From an uncultured Chloroflexia bacterium (lineage in GTDB: Bacteria > Chloroflexota > Limnocylindria > Limnocylindrales > CSP1-4): 64,000 bases of DNA. The translations under genes and the position numbers were made by a program. Positions within the stretch are counted from its first letter, which is position 1; each line of letters opens with the position of its first letter. The stretch is from contig CAVVCZ010000005.1 of the NCBI GenBank assembly GCA_963746845.1, positions 1 through 64,000 of the forward strand, read 5' to 3'. Positions 8,725 to 17,119 of this stretch are shown piece by piece. The notes beneath the pieces were generated by a model that did not search any database, had not been told where the DNA came from, and was given only the letters and a program-made list of their open reading frames with translations.

Positions 8725-10224
8725 TCAGGGCCGCGGATAGAACGGCGGGATCGCCGCATCGACATTGACCCAGACCGACTTGGGCTCGGTGTACTCGCGG
8801 ATCGCCTCGAAGCCCATCTCCCGGCCATACCCCGACAGCCCGGTCCCGCCGAAGGGTGATCCCGGGTTGACCCGCTTGTAGCTGTTGATCCAGACCATCC
8901 CGGACCGGATCTGCCGGGCGAGCAGGTGGGCTCGCGACAGGTCCCGGGTCCAGAGTCCCCCGCCCAGCCCGTATTCGACGTCGTTCGCGATCGCGATCGC
9001 TTCCTCGTCGCTGTGGAACGTCGTGACGGTCACGAACGGTCCGAAGACCTCCTCGCGGCAGACCCGGCTCGAAGGGTCGGCCCGGACGACTGTCGGGCGA
9101 AGGTAGTAGCCGCCTTCAAGCTCCGGATCGCTGGGCGGCGTGCCACCGGTGAGGACGATGCCGCCTTCCGCCCGTGCGACATCGACATAGCCGAGGACAC
9201 GATCGCGATGACCCGCCGAAGTCAGCGGGCCCATCTCCGTCGCCGGATCAAGTGGGTCGCCGATGCGGATCGACTCGGCGAGGGTGACGAACCGCTCCAC
9301 GAAATCGTCCGCGATGGATTCGTGCAGGATGAGCCGCGAGCCCGCGATGCAGGCCTGCCCCTGGTTGTGGAAGACCGCGAACGCCGATCCGCCGACGGCA
9401 GCCTCGATGTTCGCATCCGCGAAGACGATGTTCGCGCCCTTGCCGCCCAGCTCGAGCTGCACCCGCTTCACGTTGCCGCTCGACAGCTCGACGATCCGTC
9501 GCCCCGTCGCCGTCGACCCGGTGAAGGCGATCTTCCGAACGTCCGGATGCGCCGCGAGATGCTCGCCCGCGACGCGGCCGCTGCCCGGCACGATGTTGAC
9601 GACACCCGGCGGGAACCCCACCTCCGCCATGAGCTCGCCGATCCGGAGCGAGCTGAGGGGCGTGAGCGCGGCCGGCTTGAGGACGACCGTGTTGCCCGCG
9701 GCGAGCGCCGGGCCCATCTTCCAGCTGCAGAACATCAGCGGAAAGTTCCAGGGCACGATCTGACCGACGACCCCCAGCGGCTCGCGCAGCACGTAGTTGA
9801 GGAAGCCCGGTTCGACCGGGACGACGTCGCCCTGGATCTTGTCGGCCATGCCGCCGAAGTAGCGGAACGTCGCGGCCGTGCGCATGACGTCGAGGTGCCG
9901 GCTGTCGCGGATCGGATGGCCGGTGTCGAGCGATTCGATCCGTGCCAGCTCGTCTCCGGCAGCTTCGATGGCGTCGGCGAGCTTCAACAGCAGCCGGCCA
10001 CGGGCGGACGCCTGGAGCGCCGCCCAGCCCGGGAAGGCCGTCGCCGCGGCGGCGACTGCCCGATCGACGTCCTCGACGCCGGCCGCCGCGACGGTCGCCA
10101 GCACGGAGCCGTCGTGCGGACTGAGCGTCTCGAACGTCGCCCCGTCGGCAGCGTCCACGAAGTCGCCGCCGATGAACAGGCGGTCCTGGAGCCGCAACCC
10201 GCTCCGGCGGTCCGCGATCGCCAC
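8725..10224 (-). CDS. aldehyde dehydrogenase, probably 4-hydroxymuconic semialdehyde dehydrogenase (HapE/PnpE-like)
   Basis: PWNFP, FTGST, LELGGK, NQGQACIAGSR, EEVFGP; directly downstream of hydroquinone dioxygenase genes; GTG start at 10224. Confidence 0.85.
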   Translation of the reverse strand: MAIADRRSGLRLQDRLFIGGDFVDAADGATFETLSPHDGSVLATVAAAGVEDVDRAVAAAATAFPGWAALQASARGRLLLKLADAIEAAGDELARIESLDTGHPIRDSRHLDVMRTAATFRYFGGMADKIQGDVVPVEPGFLNYVLREPLGVVGQIVPWNFPLMFCSWKMGPALAAGNTVVLKPAALTPLSSLRIGELMAEVGFPPGVVNIVPGSGRVAGEHLAAHPDVRKIAFTGSTATGRRIVELSSGNVKRVQLELGGKGANIVFADANIEAAVGGSAFAVFHNQGQACIAGSRLILHESIADDFVERFVTLAESIRIGDPLDPATEMGPLTSAGHRDRVLGYVDVARAEGGIVLTGGTPPSDPELEGGYYLRPTVVRADPSSRVCREEVFGPFVTVTTFHSDEEAIAIANDVEYGLGGGLWTRDLSRAHLLARQIRSGMVWINSYKRVNPGSPFGGTGLSGYGREMGFEAIREYTEPKSVWVNVDAAIPPFYPRP

Positions 10225-10247
10225 GGTCGTGTCCCGCCCCGGTCGGG

Positions 10248-11234
10248 TCAGATCTGGACGGCGGTCGACGGCAGCTGGCCGCTCGAGATCAGGGCCGGGA
10301 GCTCCGGGTCCGCGTTCTCCCAGACGAGCAGCATCGATCGCTTCGGAGCATAGCCCTGGTGTCGGATGTCGGCCGGCATTGCTGCCACGTCCCCGGGCCG
10401 CATGACCACCTTCGCCCGGGCGGCACCGGTGTCCCTGTCCTCGACGTTCCAGTAGATCTCGTCCGACAGCTGCACGAACCACTCGACGCGGTCGTTGCCG
10501 TGGATGATCGGCAGGATGTACTCCTCGGTCGTTGGGCAGTACAGGCTGTCACCACAGACCGAGACCACCGACGGGTTCCAGGTCACCTGCGAGCGCGACA
10601 GATAGGCAAACAGGTTGAAGCTGTTCACCTCGCCCTCGAAGCCGGGCTCGGCACTGATCTCCGGCTCGTCCTGCGGCACGTCGAGGAACTGGCGGTTGAC
10701 CGGGTGGCCGTTGTCGTCGTTGCGGAGCGGCTCGTCGCCGGGGACGCTCACCATGCGAGCCGCCGTAACCCGGTGACGGGTGATCGCGGCCCGGTTCTCG
10801 CCGTTCTTGATGCCGAACGCCGCGCCCGTCTCGGTCGGGCTGGCGAACGGGTCGAAGCCATCGTTCGTCCAGTCGTCGAGCATCTGCTCGAAGGTCTCCT
10901 TGATCAACGGCGTCTCGAAGTTCTCGAGATGGTCGAGCTCCGCCTTGCGGTACGAGTCGTTGTAGCGACCCGCGAACAGGTCAACCGTGCCGTAGTGGTT
11001 GACGGTCCCGATCACGCCGTCGAAGTTCACGATCCCGTAGAAGAACTGCCAGGCGACGTCGCGCTGGAGCGCGCGCAGGAACGAATCCGCCGACATCACG
11101 TGACGCCCGGTCGGCCACTCGATGTAGACGAAGTACTCGTCGCGGCTGAACGCGAACTCACCGAGCTTGTAGCTCCGGTAGCCGTACATGTTCTGGTCGC
11201 TGGCCTGGATCTGGGACTGTTCGGCGATCGTCAT
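10248..11234 (-). CDS. hapD: hydroquinone 1,2-dioxygenase large (catalytic) subunit (HapD/PnpD/HqdB-like)
   Basis: RDEYF, FLRAL.RDVAW.FFYG.VNFD, FDPFA.P.ETG, TWNPSV, SL.CPTTEEYILP.IHGNDRVEWF, MPADIRHQGY cupin metal ligands. Confidence 0.9.
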   Translation of the reverse strand: MTIAEQSQIQASDQNMYGYRSYKLGEFAFSRDEYFVYIEWPTGRHVMSADSFLRALQRDVAWQFFYGIVNFDGVIGTVNHYGTVDLFAGRYNDSYRKAELDHLENFETPLIKETFEQMLDDWTNDGFDPFASPTETGAAFGIKNGENRAAITRHRVTAARMVSVPGDEPLRNDDNGHPVNRQFLDVPQDEPEISAEPGFEGEVNSFNLFAYLSRSQVTWNPSVVSVCGDSLYCPTTEEYILPIIHGNDRVEWFVQLSDEIYWNVEDRDTGAARAKVVMRPGDVAAMPADIRHQGYAPKRSMLLVWENADPELPALISSGQLPSTAVQI

Positions 11235-11264
11235 CGGGGAGTCTCCTCGTCGTCGGTCAGCGGG

Positions 11265-11777
11265 TCACGGAACGGTCTGGATGATGTCGGCCCAGCGGTA
11301 CTCCGTATCCGGCCCGTCCTGGGTCTGCAGCAGGATCACCGACGGTCGCTTGGCATGGAACTGGTATGCGGCCCCGACCGGCAGGAGCGTCATGTGGCCG
11401 CGTCGACCGATGACCTTGCCCATCACAGGCCCGCTCGGCTCACCGGCGAGGCGACTCGAGCCGCGGTCGAAGGTCGGACCACCATCACCGTCGCCCAGCT
11501 TCCGAAGGCGGATCTCGACTTCTCCGTCCATGACGAGGGCGAACTCGTCGTGCGGGGCCGTTCGCCAGTCGGACGTCCCGTCGGCGCGGATCGCCTCGAG
11601 CACGTACTGCCGATTCTTTCCGACCGCGACCTTCTCGTACGGTTTCGAATGCTCCGCAACCTCGAAGATGTTGGAGAATGCGTAGCGCTTGGGGTCGTCG
11701 TCGATGAGGTCGATCTCGCCCTTCTGGTAATCGGCGAGCGATCCGAAGCGTGTCGTGTACGTCGGCAGTCCTGGCAT
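11265..11777 (-). CDS. hapC: hydroquinone 1,2-dioxygenase small subunit (HapC/PnpC/HqdA-like)
   Basis: FGSL.DY.KG, DDPK.YAFSNIFEVA, PYEKVAVGKN..YV.E, HDEF, GHM.LLP..AAYQF; RBS GGAGGAGG. Confidence 0.9.
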   Translation of the reverse strand: MPGLPTYTTRFGSLADYQKGEIDLIDDDPKRYAFSNIFEVAEHSKPYEKVAVGKNRQYVLEAIRADGTSDWRTAPHDEFALVMDGEVEIRLRKLGDGDGGPTFDRGSSRLAGEPSGPVMGKVIGRRGHMTLLPVGAAYQFHAKRPSVILLQTQDGPDTEYRWADIIQTVP

Positions 11778-11857
11778 GCCTGCGGCTCCTCCTCCGTCGG
11801 TCGGCGGGACGGGATCGCTGCCCGCCGGATCCGGCCCAGCACGTCCGACGGGCTTGT

Positions 11858-11891
11858 GTTCGCTCTGCGAACGAGTGTACGCTCTGCGAAC
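11858..11891. promoter_or_regulatory. tandem IclR/PcaR-type operator (site 1)
   Basis: GTTCGCTCTGCGAAC (11858-11872) and GTACGCTCTGCGAAC (11877-11891), palindromic, 19-bp period, in the divergent hapC/iclR gap. Confidence 0.75.
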
Positions 11892-11915
11892 GAGTATCCG
11901 ACCGGCAGGGAACGC

Positions 11916-12740
11916 ATGTCAATACAACAACCCGAAGATGAGATTCGGTTGGCGAACACTCTCGCGGACAGCGCGTCGACGGGCCGCGTCGAGCACGTCC
12001 AGTCGCTGGAGCGGGGCCTCGCGGTCCTCAGCGCCTTCACGGCACGCGACACGTCCCTGACGATCAGCGGGGTCGCCGAGCGGACGGGCCTCTCGCGGGC
12101 GACGGCTCGACGACTGCTCCTCACCCTCGAGCAGCTCGGGTACGTCGAGTCGAACCGGCGCGAGTTCAGCCTCACGCCGGCGGTCCTGGAGCTGGCCAAG
12201 CCGTTCGCCGGGCCCGTCGATCCGTGGGGATTCGCGAAGCCGTACCTTCAGTCGCTGACCGACCGGCTGGAGGAGTCGGCGTCCATCGCCGTCCTCGATG
12301 GGACCGACATCCTCTACGTCGCCCGGACGCCGACCCGGCGGCTGATGACCCTCGCGGTGACGGTGGGGTCGCGGCTCCCGGCCCACGCAACGTCGAAGGG
12401 CCGCGTTCTGCTCGCCTTCCTGCCGGAGGCCGAGCTGGAGGCCTACTTCCGCCGCTCGGCCATCGAGCGTTACACGGACCGGACCGTCGTCAACGGGGAC
12501 GAGCTCCGGGCGATCCTGGCCGAGATCCGGACCGAGGGCTGGGCGATCGTCGACCAGCAGCTCGAGGAGGGTCTGTGCTCGGTGGCCGCGCCAATCCTCG
12601 AGCCGAGCGGCCGGGTCAGCGCGGCGCTCTCGGTCTGCGCTCACGCTGGCCGGGTCGACCCGACCACCCTGCGGACGGAGTTCCTGCCGCTCGTCCTCGA
12701 GACGGCCCGCCGCGTCAGCGCGGTCTGGAACCGCCGCTGA
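11916..12740 (+). CDS. IclR family transcriptional regulator (PcaR/PcaU/PobR-like)
   Basis: VQSLERGLAVLSAF, TGLSRATARRLLLTL..LGY, VGSRLPAHATS.GRVLLA, VDQQLEEGL. Confidence 0.92.
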   Translation: MSIQQPEDEIRLANTLADSASTGRVEHVQSLERGLAVLSAFTARDTSLTISGVAERTGLSRATARRLLLTLEQLGYVESNRREFSLTPAVLELAKPFAGPVDPWGFAKPYLQSLTDRLEESASIAVLDGTDILYVARTPTRRLMTLAVTVGSRLPAHATSKGRVLLAFLPEAELEAYFRRSAIERYTDRTVVNGDELRAILAEIRTEGWAIVDQQLEEGLCSVAAPILEPSGRVSAALSVCAHAGRVDPTTLRTEFLPLVLETARRVSAVWNRR

Positions 12741-12848
12741 CCCACGCGGGCGTGGCCCCTGGCCATCGCCCCGCCCGGTCCCCTCGACGGGCCTTGGTTC
12801 CATCGACCGCGCCGCCGCTTGACGCGCGCCGTACGATCACCCCGGCTC

Positions 12849-12882
12849 GTACGCATAGCGGGCACTTGTTCGCTATGTGAAC
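12849..12882. promoter_or_regulatory. tandem IclR/PcaR-type operator (site 2)
   Basis: GTACGCATAGCGGGC (12849-12863) and GTTCGCTATGTGAAC (12868-12882), 19-bp period, upstream of the 12960 membrane gene. Confidence 0.65.
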
Positions 12883-12959
12883 ATCGTGATCGGACGGCGG
12901 CCGAGGGGTCACACGCGGGGGGCGATCCCGTGACGTGCGGGCTGGAGAGGGAGGCCGCT

Positions 12960-13529
12960 GTGGGCAATTCGTTCATCGACGACTGGCGCGACTACACGAC
13001 GAGGCACCGACTGGTGGTCGCCGTCGTCGCCGGGCTCGTGGCCACCCACGTGACCACGAACTTCGGCATGTGGTACCACGGGATCGGGCTGCCGGATCTC
13101 AACTTCAACCTGCTCAACGGGTTCCTCGTCTTCGGGAACTCGGCGATGGACCCGAAAGGGATGTCCGACCCGGTGACGCTGACGACCTTCGGTGCCGCCG
13201 CCCACTACGCGCAGGGCGTCGCGTTCGCGCTCCTGTTCGCCTTCGGGATCTCGCCCCTCATCCCGATCCGGAACTCCGTTGCCGGCAACGTGATCAAGGC
13301 CGTCATCTGGGGGCTGATCCTCGCCACGCTCAGCGCCGTCTGGTGGATCAACCTGTTCCCGAACCTCGCCGGCCCCGGCGTGAATGCCGGAATCTTCATG
13401 ACCAACCTCGGACCCGACAGCTGGAAGTGGCTGGTCGCCGTCTACCTGTGGCACATCGTGTACGGGATCAACCTCGGCCTGTTCTACCAGCCGAAGGAAG
13501 CGCCGGAGCCTTCGTCCGTCGCCTCCTGA
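12960..13529 (+). CDS. uncharacterised integral membrane protein (about 4 TM, His in TM helices)
   Basis: RBS GGAGAGGGAGG, GTG 12960; hydrophobic segments; motifs AHYAQG..FA.LF and WHIVYG. Confidence 0.75.
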   Translation: MGNSFIDDWRDYTTRHRLVVAVVAGLVATHVTTNFGMWYHGIGLPDLNFNLLNGFLVFGNSAMDPKGMSDPVTLTTFGAAAHYAQGVAFALLFAFGISPLIPIRNSVAGNVIKAVIWGLILATLSAVWWINLFPNLAGPGVNAGIFMTNLGPDSWKWLVAVYLWHIVYGINLGLFYQPKEAPEPSSVAS

Positions 13530-13547
13530 ACGCCGCCGCGATCGAGG

Positions 13548-14423
13548 TCAGCGCCGCCGGGAGCCGGCGCTGACCCCCTGGCGGGGCGGCTGATCGGGAC
13601 GGCCGCCCCATCCGTCAGGTGGTGGCGGGGCCGGCGAACGCAACGAACCCGGAACCAGCACGTCGGTCGTCCCGATCGTGACGGCCGTGAGCTGGGCGAT
13701 GACGTCGTGGACGTCCGGCGCAGCGGGCAGGATGCAGCGAAGGTCGCTGATGCCGGCGTGGGCGAGGGCGATGACCCGGTCCTGGCATTCCTCGAGCGTC
13801 CCGAAGAGCCCGACGTCCCGCGGATGACCGAGCATGGCGAACCGCGGATCCCGGTCGGCGCGGGCCTCGGCTTCGGTGCTGGTTCGGCCGATCGACACCG
13901 GGAGCAGTGCCGCAACACCCAGCGTCGCGGGGTCGCGCGCCGCTTCCTGGGCCTGTGCCCGGACCTCATCGGCGGCGGTCTCGAGATCGGGGAACCGCCA
14001 GGCGGGCAGCACGAGATCATCGACGACACCGAGGAGCGGGGCGACGGCCTCCGGCGTATCGGCGACGGCCGCGATCCGGGGGCGCGTCGGGGCAGGTTCC
14101 AGATCGGCGCGGAGCCGCCGGACCGTGTCGAGCGTCGCGGTGCCCGCGTCGACGGTCACTTCGTCCGCCACCACTGGCGGACGCCCCTCGACACCGATCG
14201 TCACCCCGAGCCGCGATCGGGCCAGACCGGCCGCGAGGGCGGTTGCGTCGACCGCGGGCCCGTCGCCGAGGTGGATCGCCCAGACGACGTCGATCCCGGC
14301 GAGGTCCGCGAACCGCGCAACGGCGACGGCAGCGGGATCGGCTGGGTCGACCACGACGCCGAGACGCGCGAGACGTCCGGCTGGGGCTCGGGTCGGGTCG
14401 AAGGGCGTCATCGGCTCCGGCAT
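13548..14423 (-). CDS. luciferase-like (LLM class) oxidoreductase, divergent/short
   Basis: ADLAGIDVVW, GRDPA.LGVA-type segment, FGTLEECQDRV..LAHAGISD pattern of the LLM barrel; central motifs eroded. Confidence 0.55.
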   Translation of the reverse strand: MPEPMTPFDPTRAPAGRLARLGVVVDPADPAAVAVARFADLAGIDVVWAIHLGDGPAVDATALAAGLARSRLGVTIGVEGRPPVVADEVTVDAGTATLDTVRRLRADLEPAPTRPRIAAVADTPEAVAPLLGVVDDLVLPAWRFPDLETAADEVRAQAQEAARDPATLGVAALLPVSIGRTSTEAEARADRDPRFAMLGHPRDVGLFGTLEECQDRVIALAHAGISDLRCILPAAPDVHDVIAQLTAVTIGTTDVLVPGSLRSPAPPPPDGWGGRPDQPPRQGVSAGSRRR

Positions 14424-14488
14424 CGACGGTCAGACGGTGATGGACCCGCCCGGGCGGCCGGGCGTGCCGGAGCGTACTCTCCCGATCG

Positions 14489-15927
14489 ATGACCACGCAA
14501 TCAGTCGCACCCGTCGGCGGCGCGCTGCTGCTCGACCCGATCCTCCGGCTCGTCACGAAGCTGCGCGAGGCCGGCGTGCCGGTGTCGTCGTCCGAGGTGA
14601 TCGACGCGACCTCCGCTCTCAACGCGATCGACGTCCTCGATCGCGAGCAGGTCCGGGTGGCGATGGCGGCGACGCTCGTGAAGCGGGCCGAAGACCGCGC
14701 CGCCTTCGAGGTGATGTTCGAACTCCTGTTCGCGGTCAGACGAGGCGCCCGCCCGGGCGACGCCCCAGTCAGCCGGGAGGAACGCCGCCAGATCACGACG
14801 AGCCTCGACCGGGTAGCGCTCGACGGCGACGATCCCGGCGGCGGGGGGGCGGAACTCCTCGAGCTGATCATGGAGGCGATCCGCCGCGGAGATCCCGAGG
14901 CACTCCGGGCGCTCGCCGAGATGGCCGTCGAACGATACGGCGGGATGGGCAGCCAGCGGGACGCGTCGGAGCGCTACTTCCTCTACCGGGTCCTTCGCGC
15001 GCTCGAGCTGTCGCGGCTGATGGGCGACATGCTCCGTACGGAAGTCGCGGAGTCGGGGCGGGAGGAGTCGGTCGTCCGGGCGGAGCTCGCGGAGCGGATC
15101 GAGGCGTTCAAGAAGCTGATCGCCTCCGAGGTCCGCAACCAGCTCGCCGAGGCACGTGGGCCCGACGAGACGACCCGGGCGATGGAGCTGCTCGGCAGAG
15201 AGGAGGTCGACTTCCTCGGCGCTTCCCCCGGCAGCTGGCCGCGATGCGCGAGGCGATCCGCCCGCTCGCCCGGGCGCTCGCGACGAAGATGGCCCGCCGT
15301 CGTCGTCGCCGGGATCGCGGCCGCCTCGACGTCCGACGAACGGTCCGGCGGTCCCTGTCGTCCGGTGGCGTCCTCCTCGACCCGGCGTTCCGCCGGCCGA
15401 AGGTCGCGCGGCCCGATCTGTATCTGCTGTGCGACGTCTCGGGCTCCGTCGCCGAGTTCGCCTCGTTCACGTTGTCGCTGCTCCAGGCGATGACGGGCGA
15501 GTTCAGCCGGATGCGCTCGTTCGCGTTCGTCGACGGGATCGACGAGGTGACCGACCACCTCAAGGACGTCGCCTCCTTCCTCGAGGTCCGCCACGTCCTG
15601 TACCGGGCGAACGTGGTCCGCGACGACGGCCACTCGGACTACGGGTCAGTCTTCGAGCGCTTCAACCATCGCCACGGATCGGCGATCGACTCGCGCTCCA
15701 CGATCATCATCACGGGCGACGCGCGCTCGAACTACCGGGAGCCGCAGGTCGAGGCCCTCCGCGAGCTGCAAGCCCGAGCCCGGCGGGTCTATCTGCTCAA
15801 CCCGGAGCCCGAGGCGGAGTGGGACACGACCGACTCCATTGTGTCCGCCTATCGGCCGATGCTCGACGAAGTCTTCGAGGTCCGGAACCTGCGCCAGCTC
15901 GGCGAGGCGATCTTCCGGATCACCTGA
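14489..15927 (+). pseudogene. VWA domain protein (CoxE-like), split by a 1-nt deletion in a C5 run at 15225-15229 (possible assembly error)
   Basis: N-part LREAGVPVSSSEVIDA (ORF 14489..15493) joins C-part RLDVRRTVRRSL, LCDVSGSV MIDAS, GHSDYG, ITGDARSNY, LNPEP, EVRNLRQL (frame of ORF 13834..15927). Confidence 0.8.
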
Positions 15928-15969
15928 CGCCCGGGTCGATGCGGCGACTTCGTGGTGAAACCTCGCGTC

Positions 15970-16015
15970 TATACTCCGGCCGTTCACCTAGCGAACGCGC
16001 GGGCGTCATGCGAAC
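15970..16015 (+). promoter_or_regulatory. -10 box plus tandem IclR/PcaR-type operator (site 3)
   Basis: TATACT 15970-15975; GTTCACCTAGCGAAC (15982-15996) and GGGCGTCATGCGAAC (16001-16015), 19-bp period. Confidence 0.65.
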
Positions 16016-16061
16016 ACGGCGCGGGCCGTCGCCGCAGGCCGGTCGTGCCTGGAGGAAGGTC

Positions 16062-17045
16062 ATGCGAGCGATTCGCTTCGACGAATACGGTGACTACGAC
16101 GTCCTCAAGCTCGTCGACATTCCCCAACCTCAGCCGGCGGCGGGCCAGGTGCTGGTCCAGATGCGTGCAGCCGCGGTGAACCCGTTCGACAACACGTGCC
16201 GGCGCGGCTGGGTCGCCCAGGTTCCCACCGGGATGATCCAGGGCAACGAGGGTGTCGGCGTGGTCGTGGATGGAAACGACCGTCTGCCGGCCGGCACCCG
16301 CGTGATGCTCATGGGCACGTTCGGCTTCGCGCGCGACGGTACCTGGCAGGAGTACATCGCGGTCAGTCCCGAGGAAGCGACACCGACCCCGGCCAACCTG
16401 TCGGACTCCGAGGCGGCGGCCGCGCCGATCGCATACGTCGCGGCGCAGCTCGCACTCACCCATGGAGTCCGGCTCGCACCCGGAATGTCGGTGCTCATCC
16501 CGGGCGTCGGTGGAGCGGTGGGAAACGCGGCCGTGCAGCTGGCCACGCTCCGGGGCGACGGCCGCGTGATTACGTCCGCCAGCCGGACTGACAAGGCGGA
16601 GCGCGGACGCGCGGAGGGCTACGAGGTCATCGACCGGTCGCAGGAGACGCTCAGCGAGGGCGTGATGCGCCTGACCAACGGCAAGGGTGTGGACGTCGTG
16701 CTGGACTCGATCGGCGGCGAGGTGACCGGGCAGGCCCTCAATGCACTGGCGCCCGGCGGGCGGCTCATCAACATGGGCTATCCGGCCGGGACAGATCTCA
16801 CGGTCAACTCGCTGACGCTGATCTGGGGGCCGGCCGGCACCGGCTCGACGAGCGTCGAGGGCTTCAATATCTACTTCCAGCCACCCGAGGCGCACGCCGC
16901 GGCCTGGGCTGCGGTCCTGCCGCTGCTCGAGTCGGGACGCGTGAAGCCAACCATCGACCGCACCTACCCGCTCGAGCAGGCCGGCGAAGCCACCAGGCAC
17001 CTCATTGAGGATCGCCCCTACGGCAAGGTCGTCCTGACGATCTAG
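16062..17045 (+). CDS. zinc-independent MDR family NAD(P)H:quinone oxidoreductase (Qor-like)
   Basis: RBS GGAGG, ATG 16062; AAAVNPFD, G.EGVGVV, GVGGAVG, GVDVVLDSIGG, GKVVL; no Zn-Cys cluster. Confidence 0.82.
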   Translation: MRAIRFDEYGDYDVLKLVDIPQPQPAAGQVLVQMRAAAVNPFDNTCRRGWVAQVPTGMIQGNEGVGVVVDGNDRLPAGTRVMLMGTFGFARDGTWQEYIAVSPEEATPTPANLSDSEAAAAPIAYVAAQLALTHGVRLAPGMSVLIPGVGGAVGNAAVQLATLRGDGRVITSASRTDKAERGRAEGYEVIDRSQETLSEGVMRLTNGKGVDVVLDSIGGEVTGQALNALAPGGRLINMGYPAGTDLTVNSLTLIWGPAGTGSTSVEGFNIYFQPPEAHAAAWAAVLPLLESGRVKPTIDRTYPLEQAGEATRHLIEDRPYGKVVLTI

Positions 17046-17119
17046 CCGATCGGCAACTCACTCGTCGGAGGCGGCCAGCTCCGCCCCGCCCGACTGGGAA
17101 TGAACACCTGGAGCGGGCC

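Noticed and set aside
10359-11915. Long N-terminal extension of the 793-aa IclR ORF
   Set aside because: Antisense shadow of hapD/hapC in GC-rich DNA; the IclR domain starts at 11916
15221-15232. Programmed ribosomal frameshift in the VWA gene
   Set aside because: Not a canonical X XXY YYZ slippery heptamer; a homopolymer indel is the simpler explanation
15156-16061. Apparent fusion in the 629-aa ORF ending in the Qor domain
   Set aside because: The upstream part is an off-frame overlap with the VWA gene; RBS and ATG at 16062 define the real gene
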